Assembly (NCBI RefSeq): GCF_006345805.1
Contig: NC_043007.1
Coordinates: forward strand, 77,066,001-77,130,000
Length of the DNA stretch: 64,000 nucleotides
Origin: Octopus sinensis
Lineage: Eukaryota
Reading direction: 5' to 3'
Shown in pieces: positions 25,471 through 39,362 of the stretch (its first letter is position 1; each line of letters begins with the position of its first letter). The notes below the pieces were generated by a model that made no database searches, was not told the origin of the DNA, and saw nothing but the letters and a program-made list of their open reading frames with translations. A program made the translations under genes and the position numbers.

Positions 25471-28400
25471 GAGAGACAGAGAGAGAGACAAGAGAGAATC
25501 TTCTGGATACAACACCGGTCTTAGGCAGCTAACTCACTAACAGTGTATAATAGCATTGCTGTTTCATGAGAATGGTACCATATAGGACGAAATGCCTGTA
25601 CTAAGTATGAACTCATGACCACAGTAAGCTGGAATCTAACACCTCAGCAATTTCACCCCAACAACAATCGCTTTATTTATTTACATATAATTACTACTAA
25701 CAAGTAATAATATATACTAAACGAAGCAAAATAACAAACAATAACGATTCAATGATACAAATTAGCAGCAATTAAATGAAACTAATGAGGGGTAATATAA
25801 ATTATACTAAATTACTACCGAATGATAATATAAAGTGTGTATAATTGTTTTTCCTAGTCAACATTTGGCATTCACAATAGTAACAATCTGAGATATGCTG
25901 ATGATATATTGCACATTAAAAAAAAGTTCTTTTCTCATAACATAATAGAAATATAATGTGAGCTAAACAAATATTCATACTATGAGGTTAGGAAAATGAC
26001 ATCCAGAGTTGAACAGCATTCAACTTGGAAAAAGCTTTATTAAAATGAAATTAGTTTCAAAATGAAAAGTCTAGTGACATTGTACTAAAAAATAGTTAAT
26101 ATTTGCTGTTAAAATATAATTAATGCATATGCTAAATAAAAAGCAATATTGCTGGTGCATTGTAAAAAGCACCCAGTACACTCTGTAAAGTGGTTGGCGT
26201 TAGGAAGGGCATATAGCTGTAAAAACCATGCCAAAACAGACAATGGAACCTGGTGCAGCTCCTGTCAAACCATCCAATGTATGCTAGCATGGAAAAGTGA
26301 CGTTAAGTGAGGATAATACTGATGATATTCAAGAAGAATATATAGGCCCTTCACTACCAGTATATTGGGGCCTGTGAAAGATTCAGGCTCTGGTAATGCT
26401 ACTGGGGACAAAAATGTATTAAACCACTACAGCATATTATTTTAGATCCTCTGACAGAAAACTTGGGGCCTTATTACCATTTCAACCCTTTTGATAACAA
26501 CCCATCTGAAACCACCCTTCGTCTTAAGGTACAAACTTCCAGTTTTAAAAAGATCTTAAGTTAAAAACCTTCCATCAAAATTTCATGTCAATTTATGTTG
26601 ATTGAATGAACACTTCAAGCCAGTGGTCCAGCAAGGCAACAGTTCAAAGAATGAAACAACTAAAAGGTGCAAGTCTAGGCAAGGCTGCTGTTTATGGAAC
26701 ACCAGCAATCATCCATGCATACCAGTCCCCCTCCCGTCTCCACACCCCCATTGTTATCCAAAACAAAGGCCAATACAGCTTGGTACCAGTGATATCACAA
26801 CTCACTTCTACAGCTGGGTGAACTGGAGCAACATGAAATAAAGTGTCTTGCTCAAGATTCATAAGAATAAAGCTTCATTAAGTTTCCATGGAATATAAGT
26901 AACTGAAATTATAAAACATTCCCTTTCCCCTGGACATGATGCCAGTCCTTCATAGATTAACTTCCCAACTATTGCTGGAACTCATTTACAGTTGAGTGGA
27001 CTGGAGCAACATGAAATGAAATGTTTTGCACAAGAACACAGCACATTACCCAGTCTGGAAATTGAAACAATGGCATAACAATTGTGAATGCAACACTAAC
27101 AACTAGGCCATGTGCCTAAACATTCCAGTTAGTTGCCCATTGTGTGATTCCCCCATCTGAGGACTGCATGTTTCTAGGACTCATTTCTAGTTCACAGTTT
27201 GTCTATTCTTTTTAATATTTGTTTTTTTTTTAGCCTGTTGTAACCGTATCCAATAATGGTACTCACTCATTTTAGCCAGCTGAGTGAATTGGAGCAATGT
27301 GAAATAAGGTGTCTCACTCATGGACACAACATGCCATGGGGAACCAAATTCATGACCTTACGATCATAAGCTGAATTCCCTAACCACTAAGCTACATGCC
27401 TTTACCAAATAAGATTATAACTTACGGCTAACAAGTTAGTTGTCTAACAACTTCACCAGAGAGCCAGTTTGGTTGGCTGGTATAAAACTGAGGGGATTAT
27501 CATAGTTGATATTCGATCCAAACTGTTTCTATAAAGCTAGTCCATTAAGTCATGTAAGCACAGCAAAAGAGATAAGGACTTAATGATGATGATCTTTAAT
27601 GCATTTATTATTGGCAAGATACAAGTGACAAGGTTGTATTATGCCTAATTAAAATACAAAAGGTCTTGAAATATTTCTTGCAATGAGAAATGCAAATATA
27701 ATCAGGAATGACAGAGCCAAACTGAAAAGCAAACAGCTAAACTTGAAAAAGAGAGAAGAGATGGGGGAAGAGGAATCATTTTCTCCTATTGTTTTAGGGA
27801 GAGGGAAAAATAAAAATGCAAGCCGCATTATTTAGTAGAATGTAATTCAGCTAAATATATGAAATAGATAAATTAAAAAAGAACAATTCATAAAAATAAA
27901 ACAAAAGCCAACAACTTTGACATCACAGCAACAGTTTTATGTTGATTTAATAAACAATAAAAGATAGAGGGAAGATAGAAAAAAAAAAAGAAAAAGAAAA
28001 ATTGATAAGCTATGTCAAAAAAATACGGCTACCTTGAACCAGTGGATGTTGCCATTAAGCAAAGTGCAGAGGAAGAGTTTTAGATAAACTGCTATATTTA
28101 TAGTTAACCCATTTCATTTATATTTGTCTCCCTATAATCAATAGCCAGATTGCAAAAGAGGGTGAATGAACAGTGTGTTACAACAGTGAACATTTCTCAT
28201 TATTGACTGGAAAGGCAGATTTGTAACTGTTCCATTTGTAAAACCACAAGTAACAGTGCTTGTTGAACGACTGGCAAGCTATTGTAGTACTATTTTATTT
28301 TATTTTATATATTGGCTTGATTGCGAGACAACAAAGGGAAATAATACAGCTGGCCAATTTATATTTCTTACAGGCGAACTCTTCAACAGAAATACTAGCA

Positions 28401-31400
28401 GCAGCAGTCCCCTTCCAGGCAATGTTTCTTTGCAATAAATATAGCCTAATAGTAATGTTGATAGACAAGAAGAATTGCTTTACATCAAGAAGTAATAATA
28501 AAAAGGAAGAACCTATTTTGAACTTCTTAATATCTTAGGAAGTTAGCAAAATAAAATAGAATAAAACAATAAAAACTACAAGATTCTTCGATCTTGCAAG
28601 TTTATTACTAAATGGGGGAGAAGAATTAACAATGTAAATCGAAAATTTGAAACCTGCAGTGTTAAAAGTATATGTGTGTGTGTGTGTGTGTATGTGGGTT
28701 TATATGGGTGTATGTGGTAAAAGAAATTAGCTTCACAACCATGTGGTTCTAAGTTCAACCCTACTGTGTGGCATCTTGGGGGAGAGTATTCTACTGTGGC
28801 CTCAGGATGACTAATACCTAAGTGAGAAGAATTTTGTAGATGGAAACTGTGCAGAAGCCTATCTTGTGTGTATGTATGTATCTATTTGTCTGCCTGTCTG
28901 TCTATCTAAATACACACATATACATACATACATGATGCATGGTTGGATGAGTGTGTGAGAGAGAGAAAGGTATGGATTAGTTAAGTAGAAATGGAATGTT
29001 ACAAATACATGTACGAGTTATTGTTTGGGCAAAAAGAACTGAGTGTCAATACCTGGACGTAGCTATCTCAGTGCTGGCCATCCAGGTTTCCATGGCATAT
29101 GAGATCATATTTCCCTAGAACGGGATGCCAGTCCACTGCAGAGTTATTCATTTACAGCTAAGTAAACTGGAGCAAAATGAAATGAAGATTTTGCACACAA
29201 GAACACAATGTATCAGCTAGACCAGGAATCAAGACCATGACCTTGTGACTGCGAGTGCAACATTCTAATCATTAGGCTGTGTGCCTTCATGCTCTCTTTC
29301 AAAGGTTGCTAAAATATGTACCAGCTATGTACTGGAGTTGATTCAATTGGTTAAACTACTACTTTACAAACTTGTGTCTGTAAGCTAAATTATTATTGTA
29401 AAGTTTGGACTAAATGTCATAGTCTGGTTCTGACTTTAAATCATCCCAGGATTGACTTTGTAATTTTACATCACAATCAATTAAATTAATGAATGTATCA
29501 GTATTATATTGGAATAATTCAAACTACACAGGATTGAGACTTGTCAAAAGAAATCACTATACTCAGTTGTAAATTCTTGGTTCTGGTAAACATGGAACTT
29601 TACCAAAGACTAAAACAGTTGGCTTAATCCATTCATTGATTTTATATAGATCATTAACATATCTTGTTTCATTCTTATCTTCATAAGTTTGTCCAGCTAG
29701 TAGAGACAATTCACAGGGTCCTAACTGATTTATAAAGTGTCCAAAAGGTAATTAATTAATTAACCAGATCTAATCGCTAAATTTGAAACGGTAAGTGTGG
29801 AAGAGAGTCTAGTACCACTTCATCGTTCACTGACTACAGTAAGTCAACTTGCTTTCTTTAGCAACGGGATTTAAAAGGCTATTAATACTGAAGTGTTAGT
29901 GAAGGACTAGAAGTGCTTCAAGTAGCATATAAGAACCGGAAGGAAAAATATATGCCATTACAACACTCTGACAACAGGGATCAACACAGAGTATTAGTTT
30001 TGTTTTTGGTAATTAATTTAAGATTTTTGAAGTTCATATTGAGTTTTAGATGACAAAGATAAAAAACGTTTGTCTACCTTCAATACTGAAATAGTTTATT
30101 ACCTAACAAGAGCAGAATTTGTAGAAGTTACAAACTTTCTACTATAACTCCATTCAGATTGAGGATACTTTATAGAAATATTAAATTAACACAAAATAAT
30201 AGAGTGGCATTCTATTTTGACACCCCCTACTTTCTCTCTCTCTCTCTCAGCTTGTCAGAAGGATGAAAGCCAAGTTCTGAGGAATTATTTGAACCCAACT
30301 GACTCCTGCCCTTCAATGGTTACACATTTTATCAACCCTGTGAGACTAAACAGTAAAATCAACTTCGGTAGGACTCAGCATGTGAAGAAATACAATTAAA
30401 TACTAGCAAGTATTTTTAAGGCACCCTATATTTTTGCAAACAATTTCTTACATAGATGCATACATGGCCATGTGGTTAAGAAGCTTGCTTTGTAACCACA
30501 TGGTTTCAGGTTCAGTTCCACTGTGTGGCACCTTGAGTGTCTTCTACTATAGCCTTGGGCTTATCAAAGCTTTTCCAGTGGATTTGCAAGACAGAAACTG
30601 AAAGAAGCCTGTTTGTTTGTGTGTGTGTCTGTATGTATACCCTTGCTTACATGTGATGGGTGTTAAGAAGCATCATTTCATGCAAGAGAGGTTGATCATT
30701 TATAGTCTTCCAGGGTGGGCAACAGAAAGGGCATCTGCCTAAACAAATTCCATTTGACACATATAAGCAGGGGAAAGGTGGACTTTAAAATGAAAGCAAA
30801 ACTGGACAAAGGATGAGACTTTTCTGTTGAATATTTTGTAAAATAAAATATAAAACAGAGAAACTGCCAACATGCAGAACATTCTCATAGGGAGACACAA
30901 CTTTACTTATAAACAGCTTACCAACACTGATGATATCTGTTTTCTAAATAACACACATTTTTTTTTTTTGTTTTTAGAACATGACATGAAAGAATAAATT
31001 TTTTTTAAACAAAAGAAACAACAACCAAAACAAGAACAACAAAGGAAAATGAAATCTCTGACAATTTAAAATCTAAACCTTTTATTATTATTATTATTAT
31101 TGCATCTTGATTTAGCCATTCTGAAGTGCAGAGATGCCGATGATTAGAGGAAAAAGCTAAAGAAAATATACTAGTACAAAGAGTGGAGAAGGAATAGGGT
31201 TAGAAAGAAGGGTGAGTAAACTATGTGAAAAGTGTGGAGAGGGAGCAGGGTGGGGTGAAGGAAAGAAGAGAATCCAATATTTTGTTACCCTGGTGTGTGT
31301 TTTGACACTTGCAAAAATGTTGTAGTTTTACCCTCTGTGTGTGTATGTGTGTGTATGTGTAGCAGAGTCAAAAACATCCTTAGTCTCCTTTCTGGCAGCA

Positions 31401-32386
31401 GTAGAAGAGTGAGGCAAGAGAACTTTAGTGGTTTGGTCAGTTGGCTTCTGCTGTTGCATTGTAGGATGTAGAAAGCGAGCAAAGATGGAAAAGCACTTTG
31501 CCATATGCGAGAGAGAATTTCCCCTCTCACAGAGTCAGGGCAGATGGAATTATACTGGAGTTTGAGAAACAGAAAAAAAAGGACAAAAGAAAGAAAATAG
31601 GGCCTGTTTTTCTAAGACAGAATTACAAAAAAGTGTTCTTCCTCAATTTTTTTTATCTTTAGTTTTTTTGCTCACAAAAATACATAAGGTAAAGAAAATA
31701 AAATTCAATTGCTTTCCCACAAAGACGGTCTTTTATTTTTTATTATTATTATTATTATTATTTTCTTTTAATTTTTTTTATTCTTCTTTGTTTCAAACAT
31801 TCTACTATTTTAATCAACGTTGAAAATAAATATCATTGCAGGCAGAAAGGAATAATAGATTTCAGGGTATGAAGACAGATCAATCAAAAATAAATATTGG
31901 ATTTCAGAAAAGAAATAGATAGAAAGAAAAAAAAAATCTGAAACTTAATTATGTAATAGAGAATATAGATGTAAAATTATTGAGAACATAAAGTGTAGGT
32001 TTTTATAAGAAAAAAAAATGAAGTTACAATATGGCATATTTGGGTTGGTCTGATGTGTGTGATCTTGTCAAAAGATAAAAACTGAAGACAAGGGGTGGTC
32101 AATGTCAATGGTTAGATACAAAAGGTGAGTAATCAAAGCAATAAGACTAATAAGGAAAAATAGATTACAAAAAAAAAAAAAATCCTGATAAGAGAGAGGG
32201 AGGACTGAGAGAGAGAGAGGACAGGTTTTCACATCAGTCTAAGTAAAACAACCTTTCTGATAGCCAAAACTGCTATCTCCTTGGTGCCCCCCTGTAGATA
32301 GAAAACCTACACTTTTGACTCTTCAGCATAACAAAAAAAAAAAACTTTCAAATCTATAGAAAGAAAACATGTGGGGACCACTACAA

Positions 32387-32455
32387 AATAATAATAATAA
32401 TAATAATAATGATAATAATAATAATAATAATAATAATACTAATACTAATAATAAT
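32387..32455. repeat. (TAA)n microsatellite
   Basis: Direct inspection. Confidence 0.95.
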
Positions 32456-33171
32456 CTGGAAAATAAGTTTTTTTTCTCCTACATTCAGATTGACAAGTGA
32501 AAGATAATATATATAAGTGGAGTATTCTCTTATTTGTTATTTTTTTCATCTATCAAGTGAAACAGAGAAACACACACACACACACACATAAAAAAAAATC
32601 TTGATAAGCTGATTTTGTCAGCCTTCCTTAAAAACTTTAAATATATTGTTATAGCAGTGGTGACTGGTAGAGAGAGAAGTTGTGAATGTGTGTCAACCAG
32701 CGTATATATAGTAGGAAACGAGACAAGAAAAGAAGAAAAAAAATCACAGAATTTGTAGGACAGATAGTTTAGGGTTTTAACCAGCAACAACCAACGTTCA
32801 GATATAATAAATAAGGAGTTCCCTTATATCAATTGATATGTGAAAGAAAATTGTTTCATAGGAATTCCAATAAGTTCTACAGACTTGAGCAACTCCTTCA
32901 ATTCTCATTCCGATACTGAATGGCCGAGAATAATACACGTATTTATATATATATATTCTGAGTGTCTATATGTATGTGTGTGTATATGTATATATGTAAG
33001 TGTGTGTGTGTATGTATGTATATGTGTGTGTGTGTATCTTTATACAAGTGTGTGTGCATATATAAGAAACATTAGTTGGTTCTGTACTACAAGTTTCAAA
33101 GGCCCCTAACGGGAACTCCTACTAAATGTGTTGAGTGTCCTTTTCTTCCATTTGTCCACTCATATATATAG

Positions 33172-33217
<46 letters not shown>

Positions 33218-33360
33218 ACACGTATATACATACATTTGTATATTCATTAGTTTATTTTTATGTCTATTTTTCCATGCTAGCATAGGTTAGATGAATATAT
33301 AATTGAGGTATGGCTTTTTTTACAGCTGGATGCCTTCCCTGTTGCTAACCCCTGCTTGTT

Positions 33361-33403
<43 letters not shown>

Positions 33404-33666
33404 ATTTCATATTTCATGTGTCTTCAAAGGTGCAAGGTCAATGAATGATATCAACAGTAACTGCTACATATATATAATACACACACACACTAGTTTATAC
33501 GGATATGAATAATGTATACATTCCTCTGCAAAGAGACAGACACACACAATAAAATGTTTCTTTTATTAATTTGAAATAGAGTATACAACATCATCACCAT
33601 TCTCTTGAGCTTTAGTGTCCCAAGAGAATTTTAAAAAAAGGTATCAATCTGGTGTCTGGTACTAAC

Positions 33667-33714
33667 CCGAAATTTCTCCACCACAAGATCCCTGGCTTCC
33701 ATAGATATACCTGT
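33667..33714 (-). CDS. candidate exon (48 nt, frame-preserving)
   Basis: CAGTTCCAG|ACA GGT...TTT CGG|GTTAGT, reading TGISMEARDLVVEKFR. Lies in a repeat-free unique block. Confidence 0.3.
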
Positions 33715-34491
33715 CTGGAACTGGCTTAAAAGTACATAATTGCAACCTTCCTCATACAAATATAAAAAAATAGTCCAATTAGGATTCTGTACGACATCAT
33801 TTTAATGCAATTTTTAATAAGGTAGTCCCAAGAGGTTGGACATTGCTCATGACCATTACATGAATCCCAGACTGATGTTATTAATGTGGCTGATATCCAA
33901 CTTTTTTTTAACAGAAGGAAAAATACAAGGAGAGGAGAGAAGCTAGGTTTATTCTGGTCAGAATATTAGTTGCATGTCAGCTAAAGATGTCTTACAACAT
34001 TTGACACAATGAGGTGGCATTTCATCGCAATATTTCACTTTTTAAAAGTTATCTCTACAGAATTTCTATGGAAATTAGAGCCAGCACTGAAAGTTACAAA
34101 GTTTTGTATATAAATACGCTTATGCAACCAATGCAATCAAATATAGAAAAATAGGTGATGTGTGTGTATATGCATATTTCAAGAGTACTTGCTCTTTCTT
34201 CAGTACCATATCCAACCCATTAACCACCCACAAACACATAGCTTCGATAGCCACTAAATTTAGTGGTGTAACATAATTGGATATACCAATTTTACATATT
34301 AAACACATTCCTAGAAACTGGTGCATACAGATTAATTGCTGGTAGGTACACTGTATTTTGTTATACAACCATAATATAACTACCATGTATATCAAATGCT
34401 TTAATAAGCCAATAATGTGACCTACAGTGTTAGCAGTCCAATGCAATAAGTTTACATAGAAATTAAGCACTGACAAAAGGAAGTTACTTAC

Positions 34492-34507
34492 AACTAGTTC
34501 AATTCTA
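34492..34507 (-). CDS. candidate 16-nt microexon
   Basis: CTGCTTTATTTACAG|TAGAATTGAACTAGTT|GTAAGT has consensus-like acceptor and donor. Only one stop-free frame (xRIELV). Confidence 0.35.
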
Positions 34508-34996
34508 CTGTAAATAAAGCAGAAACTGAGGGAAATTACAAATAAACAGCCTGGAAATATAAGCATTGTCATGCATAGAATGACTGAGCCATCATCATCA
34601 ATTTAATGTCCACTTTTCTGTGCTTGCATGGGTCAGATGGAATTTGTGGAGGCAAATTTTTCTTTGTCCAGATGCCCTACCTGTTACCAGCCCTCTACGC
34701 AAGGTGATATTTCCTCATGGCCAGACAGGGTTTCCACAAACAAAAGACCAGAAATGAACAACATAACTTGTATGATGGGGATTCTCATTAGCAACCATTG
34801 TGTGACGTCTAAATGAGGTTACACAGACATGCACAATGTATACATATATAATGTAGATATCCACACATATGTATAATATATATATATATATATGTATATC
34901 TACGTACACATATGTACATATATGTATATGCACACACATACATACATATAGATGCACACACACATACATCAATACATACATACATACATATATCAA

Positions 34997-35032
<36 letters not shown>

Positions 35033-35033
35033 C

Positions 35034-35071
<38 letters not shown>

Positions 35072-36409
35072 CAAGAATGTGGGAGGTATAGTGTTCGATT
35101 CTAATCTGTATTTTCACAGCTATTCAGCATTCAAGATATGCTTTAATTTCTGTAAAATATGAACTCATTTGGTGTTTCTAAGTTTGTTTATAAAAAAATG
35201 TTCTCATAGACATACACACACACACATATACATTTACATATACACACACATATATATAGTATGTATGAGCCAATATTTGGCTGAATTTAACAATAGACAA
35301 AGGTGTGTATATCACATAAGAAAATATTGCTTCAAGTGAGTGTGATCAGACAGTAAAACCAAACTACCTGGAATAACTGCAGTCAAATATGAAGAACTGA
35401 GGGAGTAGAGGAATCACAGTTTATGAATGTTCGAGTCAATTAAACAAGGGAGCAAAAGAAACAGAAAAATTTCTTCATCGGCATTGCTGAGAGGTAAGAA
35501 GGTTGATTCCCAGCTGCACGGTTCATGGTTCAGTCCCACTATGTGGCACCTTGTGAGTGGGTTTGGTAGATGAAGGCCCATTGTATGTATGTGTGTGTGT
35601 GTGTGAGTGTTTTTGTCCCCCCAACACAATCTGGTGGTGTGCTTATGTCTCTGTAGTTCAGCAAAGGTGACTAACAGAATAAGTACCGGGTTTTAGAATA
35701 TACAAACACTGGGAGTGTTCATTCAACTAAAGAAACAAACTCTCCAAGGTGGTGCCCCAGCATGGCCACAGTCAAATGACTGAAACAAGTAAAAGGTAAC
35801 GTACGTATGAGATGCTTAAGTATGCTACTCATACCCATCTATATATGTACAATATACACACAAATATACATAAATATAGACATATACACACAAAATCATA
35901 TTTACATATACAAATACAATATATATATATGTATGTGAATATGTTCCAGGGATCCAAGTATAGGAAGTCGGGAAGCTTCAAGCAGTGAACAGAAGATATA
36001 GAGAACAAAAAGTGGACAGTATATGCAAAGAAACAATTGGCATTGAAAGTTATACATGCTATGTGTGTACATATTTCACAATTACAAAAATAATGTAGAG
36101 AAGATATAAACTCTATTAAATTCCAACACAGATTTTTATATTCTATTTTTTTTTTATATTCATAAATTCAAACAAGTACTTTCATAATAGCATGAGCACA
36201 TATAAAAGGAAAAACAAAAGATTACAAAGTTTCAACTAAGAATTGCACATGCACACACACACGTATGTATCCCAGTTCACCAGTACTCAGTCAAATTGTT
36301 CAGCCCAAGTCAGCAAAGTGAAGGTATATATATATATATACATACATACACACACACACATACACTTATATATACATGTATATACACACACACATACTTT
36401 ATATACATG

Positions 36410-36463
<54 letters not shown>

Positions 36464-36761
36464 TATATATACATGGATATATATATACACACACACACAC
36501 ATACTTATATATATATATACATGTATATACACATACACATATATATATATATACATACATATACATAGTTAATCCAAACATGAAAACAACAACGCGAGGA
36601 CGTGGAACAAGTATAGTATTATTGGACGCTCAGGAAACATATATATATGTATATACTTACAAATGTATATATACATATATATATATTTACTTTATGTGTA
36701 TATTTATATATATCTATATATGTATACACACACACACACATATATACTTTTATTTGTATAT

Positions 36762-36802
<41 letters not shown>

Positions 36803-36885
36803 ATATATAAGTATATACTTATATATATGTATATATACACATATATGTGTGTGTATATATATAAATACGTATATGTAAGTGCCCT

Positions 36886-37030
36886 GGGAGAAACATTGGA
36901 CATGAGCATTGGATGTTATGTGCAAGAGAGGTGTTTGCATTGGAATGGTCATATACTACGGATAAATGAGAGCTGAGTGAAGAAGTGCCACTCCCTAAGG
37001 AATCCAGGAAGACATGGGATGAGGTGGTGA
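36886..37030 (+). mobile_element. decayed LINE (RTE-like) 3' ORF fragment
   Basis: Reads [35 protein letters not shown], resembling the RRLRWYGHV.R motif of LINE ORF C-termini. Confidence 0.7.
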
Positions 37031-37111
37031 ATATGTATATATATATATATATATACATGAAAAAACAAGTCAAAAATAGAAAATGCTAAAATAATTTTAT
37101 AGTGAACATTT

Positions 37112-37149
37112 CAGTACCGGTTTCGGTCATTTTGAGACCTTTTCAACTG
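37112..37149 (-). ncRNA. putative minimal type-I hammerhead ribozyme (U3-A8 core variant)
   Basis: Minus strand CAG-UUGAAAA-GGUC-UCAAAAU-GACC-GAA-ACCGGU-A-CUG: helix I CAG/CUG, helix II GGUC/GACC, GAAA core, palindromic helix III ACCGGU, GUA cleavage triplet. Confidence 0.6.
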
Positions 37150-37406
37150 TAACGATTAAATAATTAAATTTAGAAAAATTAGAAGAAAAGTTTTTTTAAA
37201 AGAATATTTCTATAGTAGTGTTCAGATTTAAGTGGCATTCTGCCTTTCTCTGACTCCCTTGTTTGCACTTGTGTGTCGGAGGTCGTTGTGAGTTCTTGTG
37301 TATGTATACATACATACACACACACATATATATATATACTTTACTTATAAGTACGTATACATATATGTATATATAACATATGTATACATATATATATATA
37401 CATAAA

Positions 37407-37437
<31 letters not shown>

Positions 37438-37568
37438 GAAGGTGTATAGAAACAGTGTAAGGATGATGAGAGTTCTCCACCATCTGGTCATGCACAAAAC
37501 TGACTATCAGTCTGGTGAGGGGCCACTGAAAACAACCAGCATTTACCCGTTGAGGGCTGTAGTCTCAC

Positions 37569-37620
37569 CTTTATCACAAGAGACTGAAGCAAGTGGGCAG
37601 GTAAGCTGTCTTTGACATAT
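37569..37620 (-). CDS. weak candidate exon
   Basis: Strong donor AAG|GTGAGA. Acceptor either CACCAG (37620) or CATAG (37635). Frames YVKDSLPAHLLQSLVIK or ICQRQLTCPLASVSCDK. Confidence 0.2.
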
Positions 37621-38089
37621 CTGGTGATATTGCATCTATGTATGTATAAATATATTACATACCTATAAACATACATTTGCACATATACACACATATAAAT
37701 ATACATATAGATGCACATATATATATACATACATAATCAATTAATGCCTCTTTTTCCAACCAGGCATGGGTTGGATACACATAAATATATAGTTTTGGGT
37801 ATGTATTCTCACACTGACTAAAATGATGATAGGCTCTAATAAAAGATTTATTTAAACCATCATTTGAGGATGTGCATTTTACACCTTGGATGGATGATGG
37901 TTACACATCTCCCCAATGTTCTACAGGCGTAAAAATGTATCAAAATAGTTGTAGAGATTTTAAAAGAATGTTGTCTGTTCCATTTTCTATTATTTATCTA
38001 TCACATACACATAAATATACACACAAATACATACACATATGAATACATATATATTTATATACATACACATCTACTCACAGAAACCTCAC

Positions 38090-38113
38090 TTAAGTCTCTC
38101 TCAAGACACCCAA
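38090..38113 (-). CDS. weak candidate 24-nt microexon
   Basis: CTTTTCCTCTTCTTTGACTAAATTAG|TTGGGTGTCTTGAGAGAGACTTAA|GTGAGG. Single open frame xGCLERDL. Confidence 0.2.
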   Translation of the reverse strand: MGVLRET

Positions 38114-38266
38114 CTAATTTAGTCAAAGAAGAGGAAAAGTACTTGATACAAAAATAAAATGAATAGTCATATCCACAAAGACTTTGATAGTACATCTGCT
38201 TGCATAGAGTTAAAACAAAAAGCATTCAATACATGTATGTATGTGTGTATATATATATATATATAT

Positions 38267-38319
<53 letters not shown>

Positions 38320-38469
38320 CATACACACACACGTATATATAGATATATATACATATATATACACACACACACAGGTATATATATATCCCAGAGAATTTAT
38401 GTATTGATATGTCATTATCATCACATGGGTGAAAGAATATGTGTGTATTATAAAATTTTATGCATATAT

Positions 38470-38860
38470 ACTATGGTACTCCATCGGTTACGACGAGGGT
38501 TCCGGTTGATCCAATCAACAGAACAGCCTGCTCACTCATGAAATTAACGTGCAAGTGGCTGAGCACTCCGCAGACACATGTGTACCCTTAATGTGGTTCT
38601 TAGGGAGATTCAGCATGACAGAGAGAGTGACAAGGCTGGCCCTTTGAAATATAGGTACAACAGAAAGAGGAAGAAAGAGTGAGTGAAAGTTGTGGTGGAA
38701 GAGTACAGCAGGGTTTGCCACCACCCCTGCTGCTGGAGCCTTGTGGAGCTTTAAGTGTTTTTACTCAATAAATACTCACAGCATCTGGTCTGAAAATCGA
38801 AACCACGATCCCACAACCGCGAGTCCGCCAACCTAACCACCGGGCGATTGCACCTTCACT
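38470..38860 (-). mobile_element. tRNA-headed SINE, family E (working name)
   Basis: Minus-strand head GGTGCAATCGCCCGGTGGTTAGG...GGTTTCGATT; tail GTCGTAACCGATGGAGTACC. Partial copy at about 41045-41140. Confidence 0.7.
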
Positions 38861-38879
38861 ATATATATAGTGAGGATTT

Positions 38880-38943
<64 letters not shown>

Positions 38944-39290
38944 TACATACATACACAAAATCATCATCATCATATGCACACACATCAAGGAACTAGCATA
39001 ATGTGTGAGTGTGTGTGCTTGTGTATATTCATAGATGAAGCTCATAAATGATTGACAAATGTAAAAATTGAAACAAACTATACATGGATAATTTTTAAAT
39101 CAGCTATATTGATATTTAAACAAAATGCGAAAGAATAAGTAGGAGATAATTTGATCAAATAAACCCTTCAAGGTGGAGCCCCAACATGAGCACACACCAA
39201 GTAAAAGATAAAAAAAAATGTTTCTATTTGGTCATCAATATTCTTCTAGAGGAACAAATTTTAAGTAAAATATTAATATAGAAATTTGAA

Positions 39291-39362
39291 GGATTGTTTT
39301 GGTTCAATGGTAGAAAGTCTGTCATGCTTACAGTAGATGTGGGTTTGAGTCCACAGGCAGCC
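39291..39362 (+). pseudogene. degenerate tRNA-like sequence
   Basis: TGGTTCAATGGTAGA (box A/D arm), CTGT-7 nt loop-ACAG arm, GGGTTTGAGTCC (box B-like), followed by a T-run. Several invariant positions are broken. Confidence 0.4.

Noticed and set aside
34120-34572. 150-aa minus-strand ORF
   Set aside because: No recognisable domain and it runs through apparent splice signals; composition is typical of a chance ORF in AT-rich DNA.
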